A stretch of 64,000 nucleotides of DNA from Lama guanicoe (lineage: Eukaryota): the NCBI GenBank assembly GCA_013239625.1, contig MU053216.1:932001-996000 (forward strand), in the 5' to 3' direction. The notes beneath the pieces are model-generated. The model was not told the origin of the DNA and made no database searches. It was given only the letters and a program-made list of their open reading frames with translations. Positions 37,341 to 49,192 of the stretch are shown one piece after another; positions within the stretch are counted from its first letter, which is position 1; every line of letters starts with the position of its first letter. The position numbers and the translations under genes are program-made.

Positions 37341-37989
37341 CCTTGTTGTGTCCTGTCTGCTGCTGTCAGCCTCTCCCTCTCCTGGTCTGGCAGAGCTGTC
37401 TGCTCGCCGGCCGCTCAGCCGGCTGGGGGAGCTGGCCCTCGTCACGTGCAGACCCGGCGGCTTCTCCTGGTCTTTGCGGGACCACGAGGGGCTTCTGTGG
37501 CTTCAGCGCATCTCGTGGGCCCTTTCTCCTTCCGCCGTGGTGCTGGGTGCCGCCGACAGGGCCTCCTCTGTGCCAGGCCCCTGCCAGGCACATCCCACTA
37601 CTCTCTGGCTCTCACACTGGGCTGCGATGGAGGCAGCGGTCTCCCAGGGAGGAAGTGTGGAGCGGGGCACAGGGAGTGGCGGTGCCAGGATGGGTCTGAG
37701 GGCCGCGCCCACACCGGCAGCCCCGGGCAGGATGGTCGAGGTGAGGCTGGACTGGCCCCGACTGGGTTGACAGCTGCCTTGGCGGTGGTCCCTGCACCTG
37801 CCCTTGGTAGCACAGCTGCTGGCTTTCCCGCCCAGCACTTCCTCCAGGGTGGTACCAGCTGCGAGGTGGCGCTGGGCTGCTCCTCCGCTGTGCGGCCCCT
37901 GGGCCCTGTCCTCCCAGCAGCCCCCGCTGGGCAGACTTCGGGGGATGGGGCTGGGGGCGGCAGCACTAACGGTCTCCTTCCCTGCCCAG

Positions 37990-38083
37990 TCCTGGCACAA
38001 GTCCTGCTTCCGGTGCGCCAAGTGCGGCAAAGGCCTGGAGTCCACCACCCTGGCCGACAAGGACGGCGACATCTACTGCAAAG
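37990..38083 (+). CDS. CSRP1: CSRP1 coding exon 5 (LIM2)
   Basis: Acceptor ccttccctgcccag. Encodes SWHKSCFRCAKCGKGLESTTLADKDGDIYCK(G). Donor AAG|GTGGGT. 94 nt. Confidence 0.98.
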
Positions 38084-38575
38084 GTGGGTGGTTCCCCCAC
38101 CGGGAGGCCCGAGGGGTGGGGCCGGGCAGCTGTGCCCTGGCTAAGGTAAACCAGTTCCTGGCCCTGGGGGTCCGTCCCGGAGCACCCAGTGGGACTGTCC
38201 AGTGAGACGCTTTCACGTTACAGATGAGGAGGCAGCCTGAGGGAGAGGGGACTTGGCCAGGGTCACAGGCAGGTCGGGGCAGGGAGGGGCCGGGACAGGG
38301 CTCCCAGCTCCCAGTCCAGAGCTCTGACGGGGGGCTTGATCCTCCTAGGATTCCAGAAGCAGGGAAGGGCTACGCTGCGGAGGCAGCAACCCCGTCCCTG
38401 TCGGGAGTGCCGGGGGTGCTGCTGCTGGACTTGCTGCTCCAGAGGCCTGGCCAGGCGCTGTGTGTGGGCGGGGGTAGCTACAGTGGGGGGGCCCGGAGGT
38501 GTGCCTGGGGCGTGTTCTCACCCCCATTCTCTGTGGGCTGCTGGGGGCATGCTCACCCCTCTCCTCCTTCTGCAG

Positions 38576-38652
38576 GATGCTATGCCAAAAACTTCGGGCC
38601 CAAGGGCTTTGGCTTCGGGCAGGGGGCCGGGGCCCTGGTCCACTCCGAGTGA
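38576..38652 (+). CDS. CSRP1: CSRP1 coding exon 6 (end of LIM2, second Gly-rich repeat, stop)
   Basis: Acceptor ccttctgcag. Encodes (G)[24 protein letters not shown]. 77 nt. Total CDS 112+169+130+94+77 = 582 nt = 193 aa plus stop. Confidence 0.98.
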
Positions 38653-39630
38653 GCCCGCCCGCTGCGCTGCCCCGGCCTGCGCTTCTCACCACAGCCCCCT
38701 TCCCGGCAGCCCCGCCACCTCCAGGATTCTTCCTCCCTTCAGTGCTGCACATGTCACCAAGGACTTGAACTTCGGCGTCTGGCTCCCTTTGGTTTGGGGT
38801 CTGCTGGAGGCCCCGCCCTGCAAGGAGCTCCCCCTGGACCAGCAGGTGGCCTCAGGGCTTTGGTCTCTGGGCACCCCTGCCCCGCCCCGCAGACCCCTGT
38901 CCTGTCTTTTAGTCCGAGTATCCATCATCAGTGGAGCAGACACCGTGGGAGGGGAGCAAGACCGGGGAGGGCTGTGCCCATGGTGGGGAGACGGGGACGT
39001 CTTGGTTCCCTCAGAGCAGGCCTAGGGAGTCCCAGCTCGGGAGTCACTGGGGGACACGCAGACGGACACTAACTGCAGGGACCACCTGCCCCGCTTGGCC
39101 TCTTGCCTTTGAGACTGGGGAACCCATATCCCCACTCTCGGGCAGGGGAACAACCCGGGTCTGAGAGCCCGAGGTAAGGATGTGGTCCTGCCTCCCCGGG
39201 CATCGCACTCCCTGTTTGATGGAGGCCCTAATGATATACACGCTGCCCATTCAGGAGCCTAGATCTGAGGGCGTGTAACCCCTGGGTTCTGAGGCTGTGG
39301 GGCAGCGCTCAGTCCTTGACACGCTGGCTTGACGCTCAGATATGGGGGGAGACACATGCAGCCTGTCTTCACCTGGACACCCCTTCCCCCTGCCTGCCCA
39401 GGGCCCTGCCTGCCACCCACCCTCCTCTAGGGTCCCCTCTGGCCACACCTCCCCATCCCTTCCCCACCCCCAGGTCAGGAGCAGCTAGAGACAGGGAGGG
39501 GCCAGGCTCCACTGTCCCCAGGGCTGGGATCACACTGTGTGGGGCTGCTGCTTGGACTGGGGGTTCTAGAGGGCAGACGACGCAAGCTGATTCCTCACTG
39601 AGTCAATAAAGCCATTAGAACAGAGCCCTG
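38653..39630 (+). other. CSRP1: CSRP1 3' UTR (end approximate)
   Basis: Lies between the TGA and the first downstream AATAAA. Confidence 0.75.
39605..39610 (+). terminator. CSRP1: CSRP1 polyadenylation signal AATAAA
   Basis: Canonical hexamer about 950 nt after the stop, followed by a GU/U-rich element (gttctgctctgtg). Confidence 0.8.
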
Positions 39631-39959
39631 GTGCCCCGTTCTGCTCTGTGGGGGCACCGCGACCCTCCTGGAGCTGGGAGGGGACTGGCTGGAGCAAGCA
39701 CGTTAGCAGGAGGTCTGCTGGAAAGCAAGTGGAGGCCTCCTCTGGTCACAGTTCTGGCTGGACTGCTGCCCGGAGAGACCCAGCCAACCCAGATCTGCTG
39801 CCCGGCCCCCCGGGGCCCCACTCCCAGGCCGCAGGTGGGAACCACGTGGGCTTGGAGTGAGGGGCTCTGCAAGTCCCCAGAACTGTGCTCGGAGCTTTGC
39901 CCAGCTTGGAGAGTCCCAGGGTCAGAGGGAAGAGGAACTTCCACGTCAAACCCAGGAGG

Positions 39960-41728
39960 CTCACTTCTGCCCAGGAGCCCTGGAGTGGAGTGGACTGGAA
40001 AATATTTCTCAGTCTGCAGGCTGGGGCCCAAGGTCAAGGTGCCGGCAGGTGGCGTCTGGTTGGGCCTGCCGCCTGGCTCACAGATGCCCTCTTCTCGCTG
40101 TGTCCTCATGCGGGGGGAGCACGTCCAGGGGCACCAGCCCATCCGTGAGGGCTCCACCCTCAAGGCCTAACCACCTCCCAGGGGCCCCACCTCCTGACAC
40201 CATCACACTGGGGGTTAGGTTTCAACACATGAATTTGAGGGGGACACAAGGATTCAGCAGCATTCTGTCCCCCAAAATTGATGTCCTTTGCACATGCAGG
40301 ATTCATTCACTCCATCCCAACAGCCCCAGAGTCTGAACTCTCCTTCCAGCATTGACTTTAAAGTCTCCTGAGGTGTCACCTGGGTTGGACGTGGAGAGAC
40401 CCGTCTGATGCTCCTCAGCCATGACTGAAAAAATGTGTTCTGTCCTTCCAAAATACAAACGTGGGACATTCCTGTCTGAGAGGGGGAAGCAGCAGAGAAG
40501 AAAGGAGCGACCGTCCCGAGCAAGCCCAAGGCCGAACGGGGCAAATTCCATTAGACAGGAGAGCGGGAGCAGAGTCCTCTGCTTTCCGGGTGCACCGCGG
40601 TGGCCTCGTCACCCCATGGCCCAGCTGCCGGTTCCCCAGCTGCGTCGCACCTTGGTGACGGCCCCTGGACACCCCTCATCTGAGCCCTGGGTGGAGCAGC
40701 CCTCACGCGGCCTGTGGTGCTGTGATGGGGGGCAGCCCTCCTCTCCGAGTCCCCCTCGGGGCCCTCCCTCCCTCCACCGTCTGGCGGAACAGCCTGGGGC
40801 GTCCTCGAGGGGCTGAGCTGTACGAATCTTATCGCCTTATCGCTTGCCGCAGCCGAACGCCTTCCTGCGTGTGGGCAGGCGGAGAACTTCCCACGTCTCC
40901 AAGTTCTGCTTCTGTCTGCAGCAGGAGGAGCCAAGCTGCTCCTTCCACGCTGTGCTCAGAGGGGCCCTCAGCCAAACGCCACGGCTCCCGAGGCCTGCCT
41001 TCCACGAACACCGGAGCCGGGACGTGCTTGAGCCCCGCCCTCTGCCCCTTGTAACAAGGGTCCCTGGTCTGTTTCCAACAATGTGCTGCTCATTTCTGTC
41101 ATCAGAGTGGCCGTTGTCGTGTTTCTAGAACGTTCTGCTCAGAACGACTCTCCTTGCTCCCCGGGACAACCCAGGCGTCCTCCCTGACGCTCTCTTCCTT
41201 CCGACCTCCCACCAGAACCTCCTGTAAAGGTCTGTCCACAGCAACAGAGGCTTGTTTCTAGCAGACGTTTCAGCGCTCCAGCCTCTCCCACCGCCCGGTT
41301 CCAAAGCCACTTCCACATTTCAGGTGTTTGTCAGAGCGGTGCCCACTTCCCGGCACCAGTTTCTGTCTTGATCAGTTCCGGCTGCTGTGACAGAACTGTA
41401 AGTTGAGCGGCTTATAGACAACAGAGCTCTGTAGTCACAGCCCCGGAGGCAGGAAGTCCAAGATCAAGGTGCTGGCAGGTTCAGGGTCTGGGGAGCCTGC
41501 CTCCTGGTTCGTACGTGGCCGTCTTTCTGCTGGGTCCTCACACGTGTACCTCACAAGGGGTGAGGGAGCTCTCTGGCTTCTTTTATGGGGCCACTGGTCC
41601 CATTCACATAAGCTCTTCCCTAAAGGCCCTATCCCCTCCAAAAGGCCCGGCTTCCATACACTGTCACCTTGGGGGCTGGCATTTCAATGGATGAATTCTG
41701 GGGAGACACAAACATTTAGCCCCTGGCA
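39960..41728 (-). mobile_element. Near full-length MaLR element (MLT1A-like LTR, internal region, LTR)
   Basis: Two homologous LTRs at about 39960-40262 and 41364-41728. They share gtccaagatcaaggtgc...gcagg and ...gggg...tttcaa...atgaatt...gggg.acaca. About 1.1 kb of internal sequence ends ...ggcaccagtttc|tgt. Confidence 0.75.
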
Positions 41729-41740
41729 GGCCGCCTCAGC

Positions 41741-41812
41741 GGCCAGACTCACCTGAGGGCTCGCAATGGGCCAGACTCACCTGAGGGCTCGCAATGTCCT
41801 TCACCTGAGGGC
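41741..41812. repeat. 28-bp tandem duplication plus a partial third copy
   Basis: ggccagactcacctgagggctcgcaatg twice (41741-41796), then tcacctgagggc. Confidence 0.9.
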
Positions 41813-42619
41813 CGCCTGTCCCATGTTTGGGGCTGGGCTTCTTTACAGAGTGGCAGTAAGCAGATGCTTTAACAATAGCAAGTCTGCATAACATCCACAC
41901 GGCCAGACCGACAGTGACGTTGGTGGACCCCCCCGTGACTCTGGGAACGGGCCCTAAACACGTAAGCTCGTAAGGTTGGTGTAAGACCAGTGGGCACTGT
42001 AGGGCAGTGGGTGAGTGCAAGGTGACGTCTGGGGCTGTGAGTTCCCGGCGGGGACAAGGGCTCCATCCTCTTGATAACTTCTCTACATCCAGCCCAGGGT
42101 GTGGCCACCAGACGTTCTCCCAGAAGGGTCTGTGCATCAAGGGGCTGGCTGGAGGGATGGATGGACGGTTCCATAAACAGTCAGATTCTTGGTTCGCTGA
42201 CTGCTCTGGGAGGGCGCACAGGAGTGGCCTGGATGTGGTGTCTGGTCCCCAAAGCTGGGGACAGGCTGCCCTCTGCTGGTAGCTTGCGGGCCTCTGGCGC
42301 CCCAGCACAAGGCCATTGCCCAGTCTCCTTGACTGGCCGTCAAGCTCGAGGGCCGCCCGTCCTGCAGAGCAGACGCAGTGCTGAGGGGGCCGGACACACC
42401 TCCTGGGAGTGGAACAGTGAAACTGCTCAAAGGCGGTGGGCCAGCTGGGAAGCACCCTAAGGGCAGGGCAGGGCAGGGCAGGGTGCAGCAGCAGCAGGTG
42501 GGGGGAGGCTGGCCTCCAGTGAGTGACACAGAGTCCCCCTAAAACTGAGTCCCCTACCGAGTTCACGATTAACCTCCCATCCAAAACGTTATTCACTTTC
42601 TCGCCCTGCAAGCGGGGAC

Positions 42620-43162
42620 TGAAACTAAGCAGGACTCTGCAGGACCTTCCTGGGTCCCAAAGCCCCTCCGGGTCCCCTGTTTCTCTTTTGCAGAAAAATC
42701 TTTCCTCCCCTAGGAGTTCCCAAGAGCAGACTCAAGCAATTAATGGCTAGGACAAGATCACAGGGCTCTGAGCTCCTCCTGAGGGGTGCAGATTACAATC
42801 TGATGCATACATCTGAGTCGTTCTGCAGAATCTAAGACCCCCGCCCGCTGGAGGATGGCGGCTACATGCTGACCCCCAGCACGTAGGCCCCAGACTGGTT
42901 GGAACCAAAAGGTTGATGATTTGGATCCCTGAAGTATCGCTGGGTAACCTCCCCACCAACCAACCAGAAGATCCGGAGCAGATCGGTCATCCCAGCCCCC
43001 TCCCTTACACCGCCTTTAAAACCCTTGCCCGAGAGCCATCACCCTTCGAACGAGAGTGAGTTCTCCTCACTTGGCACCTGCAAATAATCCCTTACTTTGC
43101 TGCAAACACTGGCTGTCCGAGTTTGGCTTTCTGTGCCGTACGCGCACAAGCCCTGGGTAACG
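42620..43162 (+). mobile_element. ERV1-type solo LTR
   Basis: Starts tgaaactaagcaggac, contains cacgtaggccccagactggttggaaccaaaaggttgatgat, a TATA-like tttaaaaccc and caaataat, and ends ggtaac. Confidence 0.7.
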
Positions 43163-43392
43163 TGGGGGCCCCGGAGGAGGTGGTGCCTGGGGGTGCCGCA
43201 GGGAGGCACTGTACCGTGTGTGTGGCAAACTCGGGTCAGTGAAGAGGAGGGTGCCCCTCCCCCTTCCCCCCCCCGGGGTCCCCGGCACACTACCTCCTGT
43301 GCGCAGGCTCTCAGCTCTGACCCCAGGTGACAGCTTCTCTTTGCAGGATTTGCATGCTGGTAGTGATGCAAGAAAAACTGGGCACAAGACAA

Positions 43393-44061
43393 TGGCCGCA
43401 TCCCAGATTCCGGGTGAGTCTCTGGGAAGGTGAGGGCCCCTGGCTTCACACAGGGAAGAAGCCAAGGGTGAGCGACAGTTGAGTGAGGGCAGATTTATTC
43501 AGAGAGATGCACCCTCCACAGGTGGAGTGCGGGCGTCTCAGAGGCCGGAGAGGGCGAGCACAGGTGCGGAGGCAAGATTCCGGGTGAGTCTCTGGGAATC
43601 ACCCCATCCGGTGAGGGCCCCTGGCTTCACACAGGGAAGAAGCCAAGGGTGAGCGACAGTTGAGTGAGGGCAGATTTATTCAGAGAGATGCACCCTCCAC
43701 AGGTGGAGTGCGGGCGTCTCAGAGGCCGGAGAGGGCGAGCACAGGTGCGGAGGCAGCGTCTGTGGGCTCGGTAACCTCATGTGCTAACAAGCGGGAGGAT
43801 TGTTCCAGCTGCTCTGGGGAAGGGGTGGGGATTCCCAGGACTGGGCCGCTTTCACGGCCAGCCCTGACCGAAATGGCGTCTGCGGGGGGTCATTTAGCAG
43901 CTGACGCGCACGACAAGGAGCCAGCCATGAGGCTCGAGCTCTCCTGGGGTCAGCTGGCCCTCCTTCCTGGGCCAGGTCGGGTTCTAGCCAGTTTCTGTCC
44001 TGGCCTAAAGGGCTGTGTGGCTCCTTTAATGGTTGTGCCCTGCCCCCTCCTTCCCGTCTCA
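43393..44061 (-). mobile_element. ERV1-type solo LTR with an internal tandem duplication
   Basis: Ends ccctgccccctccttcccgtctca (the reverse reads TGAGACGGGAAGGAGGGGGCAGGG). Antisense AATAAA (tttatt) is present twice because of the duplication. Confidence 0.7.
43405..43755. repeat. 170/181-bp direct tandem duplication
   Basis: Copy 1 is 43405-43574 and copy 2 is 43575-43755. They appear identical except for an extra 11 nt (tcaccccatcc) in copy 2. Confidence 0.95.
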
Positions 44062-45624
44062 GTAGGGCCCTGCAGTCTGCCAAGCCCAAGGACCCAGAGG
44101 AAGAGGGGACGAGGGTCTTTGCGCCCGTTCCGGGATTTCTTCCCGTGTTGTCTGTGATCGCTGAGTGAGGCATCCGGGGACCCTCAGGAGACACATTTTC
44201 GGGCGATGCTGGGTTCCGGGAGGGGCCTGCCGTGGGCTCTTGGGGTTTGATTCTGAGGGGCAGCATCCCCTCCACCGAAGGGAGGCAGGCCCAGCCCAGG
44301 GACTTCCCTCCTCCACCCACCCACCCCCAATCAGGGCACCCTGAATAAGGGCACAGATCTCCTCCGGCTGGGGCAGAGACTGAGCGGGGCCACGTGCCCA
44401 GACCTGGGTTGGGCGAGGTGGTGGTGCGTGGCCTGGCCAACACCGGTCAGGGATCAGCTACTGGGTGATTCCCACCCTGCCCCCCGCCCCCCGCAGAGCC
44501 TCTGGCCCCACTCCCACCATGAGAACCACAGTGGGAGGCTTTAAATCAGATTTCCCCACCCCACCCCGGAGAGTCTGACTCATCTTCCTGGGAGGGCCTG
44601 GGAATCTGCATTTGAAAGGGCCCTCAGGTGATTCTGATGCACAGGGTCAGCGAGGCTGGAGGATCCAGGATCGTCCAGCCCCTGGGCCAGCACCCACCTC
44701 CACCCTGCCTGCCAGCCGTGAGCTCTGTGCCCCACTCGGTAGCTGGGGCCGCCTCTGAGCAGTTCTGATGACCAGAGAGGGCTTCCTGGAACTTCTGTTT
44801 CTGTCCCCTGGAGCCACCCCGCTCAGGTCGCCCCGGCTGACAGTCCTTCAGGGACGCGGGCCCCAGTCTGCCCTCTCGGGGACAAACCTCCTGCCTTCCA
44901 GTGGTCCCTGACCAGGGCATGAGGGGGCCCAGCGAGGCCATTTCATCGTCAGGAAGGGGCTGGCCGGGGCAGAGAAGCAGCCCCCGGGAGGAAGGCCCCT
45001 CCCTGGGCGCCCAGCGCCCGCCCCTGCTCCCTCCCGGTTTCGGACACTTGGGGGCTTTTGTTCATTGTCTTGCGCATGTGCTCAACGACGCAGCCTCGGT
45101 GAAGACCCTAAATGCACCAACTCATTCAGTCCTCACCGGGGCCCTACGAGGCCGGTGCTGTCATTACAGCCACTTACAAATGGTCAAGCTGGAGCCACGA
45201 ACCAAAGAATGGCTTAGAAACTGCTCAAGGTCGGACGGCAGAGCAGGACAGAGACAGGCATCGGGTCCGGGCCCTGCTCCCTGCGCCGCCTCCCTGACTC
45301 TTCTTGAGAAGAAATTGCCGTGGGCCAGGAGGTGCGAGGTGTGGGGCTGGGCGGTAACAGCAGCTCGCCCTCCCTGAGCACATCCTGCGCCCGGGCACCC
45401 GCCTGGGTGTGTCTGAGCTGGCCCCTCCGCCAGCACTGGGAAGTGGCTGTGTTACCCCTTTGTCACAGAAGAGGAAACCAAGATGCAGTGAATCTTTAAG
45501 TGACTTATTCACTGGCCAGTGGTGGAGCCAAGGATGGACCCAGCTGTGTGACTTTGGGCCCGCCTCCTCCCCTCCGGGTGTCAACCTGGTGGCGTGCGAA
45601 ATAAAGACGTTGGCCTAAATTACT

Positions 45625-45785
45625 TCCAGCGTGGTGCTTCCCAGGCTTGAGAGTCACCTGGGGATCGTGTGAAGATGCAGATTCTAGTTCTGGGTTTGGG
45701 TGGGGCCTGAGACTCGGCCCCTCCCTGGGGCTCCCAGGGGCGGTGGCGCTGCTGCCACTGACCTGGGGACCACACTGGTACAGCC
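45625..45785. mobile_element. MER5A-like hAT-Charlie MITE
   Basis: gagtcacctggggatcgtgtgaagatgcagattct...gggtggggcctgagactc...ggaccacact. Confidence 0.6.
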
Positions 45786-48314
45786 AGGCTCAGGGGAGCT
45801 GCAGGGCTCTGATGTCCTGCCTTTATGGGCTTAGGAAGACTCGCCCCAAAGGCCATGAAAATTCCGGAAGCAGGTTATGGTGAATAAGGCGCTTAGTGGG
45901 CACTTTCTGTGCCCAGACAAGCCCCGGCCCTGGGCCTCCCACACTTCCACTCCGTGACCTCAGCCTGACTCCTCCAGAGGGTTCAAAGGCTCGGTCCTGG
46001 CCACCTGGGGTGCTTCTCTCCACTGAGGGACTGAGGGAAGTCCCTGGCCCCCTGCTTCATGGCCTGCCTCCTGGGGACACCCACCTGCCCATCCCTTGTG
46101 GCTGTGCTGTCTGACCCCTTAGGCTGGATCACAGATCTGCCCTGTCGTCCAGGCACGAGGTAGCCCTGCTTTGCTCTACCTATTTGAAGTCCACGTGGCT
46201 TCAAATGGCCACACATGGCCACGTGGCTTGTTCTAGCCTCTACATTGAGACGAGAATGACTTGTGTCATTTGGGGGCAGAACTTAGGAGCCACTGTGTGA
46301 GTCACCACATCCTTCTTCCCGTCACAGAGAGGCTGGAGGAGTGTGTCACGATGGGGTTGCTGTCAGCCTTGATCCGTCTGGACCACAGTGAGCAGAATCT
46401 CCTCTGATGCCTGTGTAGGGTGTGAGTTGGGAGCAGGGAGCCTTTACTGAGCTGACCCTTTGGGGTTGAGGGCGTCTGTCGGTGCAGCACAACCTGGCCC
46501 AGCCTGACTGCTGCACACACCAGCACCAGCCTGACACCGGGACGTCTCTTTCGGGAAGCTGCGGCCAGGCCGGGGGACCAGGTCTCTGCAAAGTCAGGAT
46601 GGTGAGAAGGAAGGCTTACCTGTGGGATCCTCTTGGGAAGAGGGAGCATCTTCTTTTGGAATAAGGAGTCATCCGAGTATGCGAACTCCGCCTCCGCCTG
46701 TCTGCAGTCCCCATGGAAAGGGAACTGTGGTCCACTATTCACCATGGCGGTCTGAGTGCCCAGCCCGGGGCCTGGCTCACAGAGCACTTAACTCACACTG
46801 GAAGGACTCACTCAGACAGGGAAGGTCTCCCTGTGGATCAGCCCCTCCACAGCGAGCCATCTCTTCATTTCTCCTTGACCCCAGTCCCAGGCTGGACAAC
46901 TCACAGCCTTCTCTGCCTGGTCTTGACAGCAAGACGTACGGAACATCTCAGTTATCAAAACAATACATGTGAAGATTCATAACCCTCATGGGAAACATTT
47001 GAAGGTCAAAGGCAAGCAGGGAGAAGCTGTCGCCCACCGTCCCCCCCTCTAGAAGGAACCACCGGGGACACTCCCTCCACCCCTTTCCCTCTACGCACCC
47101 TGCACCCTGCGTGACTTTAGTGATGTCCTGTGAGTGTCTGCCCCTTAGGAGGGAAGGAAGAGCCCCCACCGATGCAGGGACCGTCAGAGCTGGAAGGGGA
47201 TTCGGACAAGCCCCTCGCATTACCAAGGAGAGCGCTGCTGCCATCCAGGTGCGAGTGTGTACGAGCAAAGCCAGGCTAAGCGCGTGTCGTCTGTGGGGCT
47301 GGGGGGACTGGCGGGGTGATTCAGACACTTTCTGGTCTTGAGCTTTTTACGGCAAGGATGCATTCAGGCATCACCTGCACCCAGCACACATCACTGTTGG
47401 TAACAGGCGGACGAAGCCACAAACGAGGCAGCAGCTACAGTGTCGGGGTTTGGCCTGGCCCCCGACCCAGTGTCCCCCGAGCACGAGGGTCGAGGGTCGT
47501 CCCAGGGCAGCCCCTTTGCCCCTACAACGGGGGCTCCTGGATGCCGGGGGTGACGTGGGAAAAGGGACACTTCTGCAGGCCCCAACTTGAACCCCAAGCC
47601 CACAGTCCAACCTCCGCCAGACCCAGGCTGGGCTCGAACGCCTTCAAGCCCAGACTCCGCCACAGCAGAGGGGGCAGCGGGTGCTCCCGAGACGAAAGGG
47701 ATCCCTGCTGAGTCAGGAAAGTCACTGCGCTGGAAAGTGATTAAAGGGCTGAGCGTGGGAGGGGATTTCCAGCCAGAGAGCCTGGCCTGGGAGCAAGTCT
47801 GGGCGGCAGCTGTGGGGCTCTGCCCACTGAAGGCTGTCGCAATGGTGCCTGTAAAACCCAAATCCTTCGAGGCTTGAAGCCTTGATCCGTTCTCTCCTGA
47901 CTCTTTGTAGAAAAGCAGATCCCCGGAAAACCCAAAGCCCTAGAACAAAGCGCTCTTCATCAAAGGGATGCGGGCAGGTCAGGAGAAGTCTCGGGGAGGG
48001 GTCGGCTGGGGGGTCACCCCGGGAGAGGAGGACAGACCTGTAGACTGAGGGAGCTGAGGGGGCCCGGAAGGAGGAGATGCAGGGAGCCGGCTGTGAGCAG
48101 GCCCGTGCAGGTGAAGGGGGCTGCCTGACCTAATGGGCCCGGGCCCTGGGACGGACGAGGCGGGAGAGTCAACCTACACAGACATCCCCGGGCCCCATAA
48201 ACTGGCCAGACCGTCCTGCAGATCTAACACAGGCTAGACAGCCTTTCTTTTACGGACAAGGAAACTGCGGTCAGAGAGGGTAGCACGGAGCTGGTGCCCC
48301 TTCCTCTGCATCAG

Positions 48315-48605
48315 CGTGTTCCACGCTTTCCGGCGCATCAAAACCACCTGGAGGCTCCTTAGAACGCAAATGGCTGGGCCAGATCCAGAGCTTCTGACTT
48401 GGAAGGTCTGGGGTGGAGCCTGGAATCTGCGTTTCCAGCAGGTTCCCAGGTGACTCTGCTGCTACTGCTGCCGCCTCACTTTGAGAACTGCTGCTCTAAA
48501 CCCTTGCTACCAGTGCGTTCCATGGAAGCTTCTAGAAAAGCAGACTCTCGGGTCCCACCCCAGACCTACCGAATCAGAGTCCACACTGTAGCCTGAGAAG
48601 CAGTG
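48315..48605. mobile_element. MER5A/MER5B-like hAT MITEs
   Basis: catcaaaaccacctggaggctccttagaac...ggtctggggtggagcctggaatctgcgtttc...ttcccaggtga...cactttgagaactgctg, then gcagactctcgggtcccaccccagacctaccgaatcaga. Confidence 0.65.
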
Positions 48606-49046
48606 GTCTACATCGCAAGGCCTCTTCCTTCCTGGGAGTCAAATCCAGGCAGCCTGGTTGAGTCTTCTAATCCCAGCTGCCAGGGACAGAGGGACAGCTG
48701 CCCGGGGCCCTGGGGGAAGCTGCAGCTTCCCGTGTCTCCTGGGGTGCGAATGGGCGGGGGGGCCACACAGGTCTGAGGGCTGCACACTCTGCCCTGGGGT
48801 CTGCTGGGCTGTGGTGCCCACCCCCCCACTCCAGGAGGCGTGGGTGCCCACCGCGGGGAGCTGCCATTCAGGGCTCTGAGCCAGCCCCCGCTTTCTAGCT
48901 AGCCCGTGTTCTCATTTTATTTCTAAAACATATGTGATACATACATTTAGTGCCGTGTGTCCACCGTGACTGCCTCATACAGGAGTCTCACTGCCCCAAA
49001 ATGCCCTGTGACCATCAGTGGCTGTTATTCTTATTTTATCCAACTA

Positions 49047-49192
49047 TTTTATTTTTTATTTTTTAAATTTAATTTTATTAGTTGTTTTTGTTTTGGGGGA
49101 GGTAATTAGGTTTATTTATTTTTCTAATGGAGGTCCTGGGGCTTGAAGCCAGCCCCTCGTGCGCTAAGCACCGAGCTTCTTCCCGACCCCCC
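49047..49192 (-). mobile_element. Degenerate camelid vic-1-like SINE
   Basis: Poly-T tail followed by ggggaggtaattaggtttatttatttttctaatggaggtcctggggcttgaagccag..., which is the reverse of the element at 22943. Confidence 0.7.

Noticed and set aside
36957..38144. 395-aa + strand ORF in CSRP1 intron 4
   Set aside because: Low-complexity A/G/R/P-rich translation that is out of frame with exon 5. Expected by chance at this GC content.
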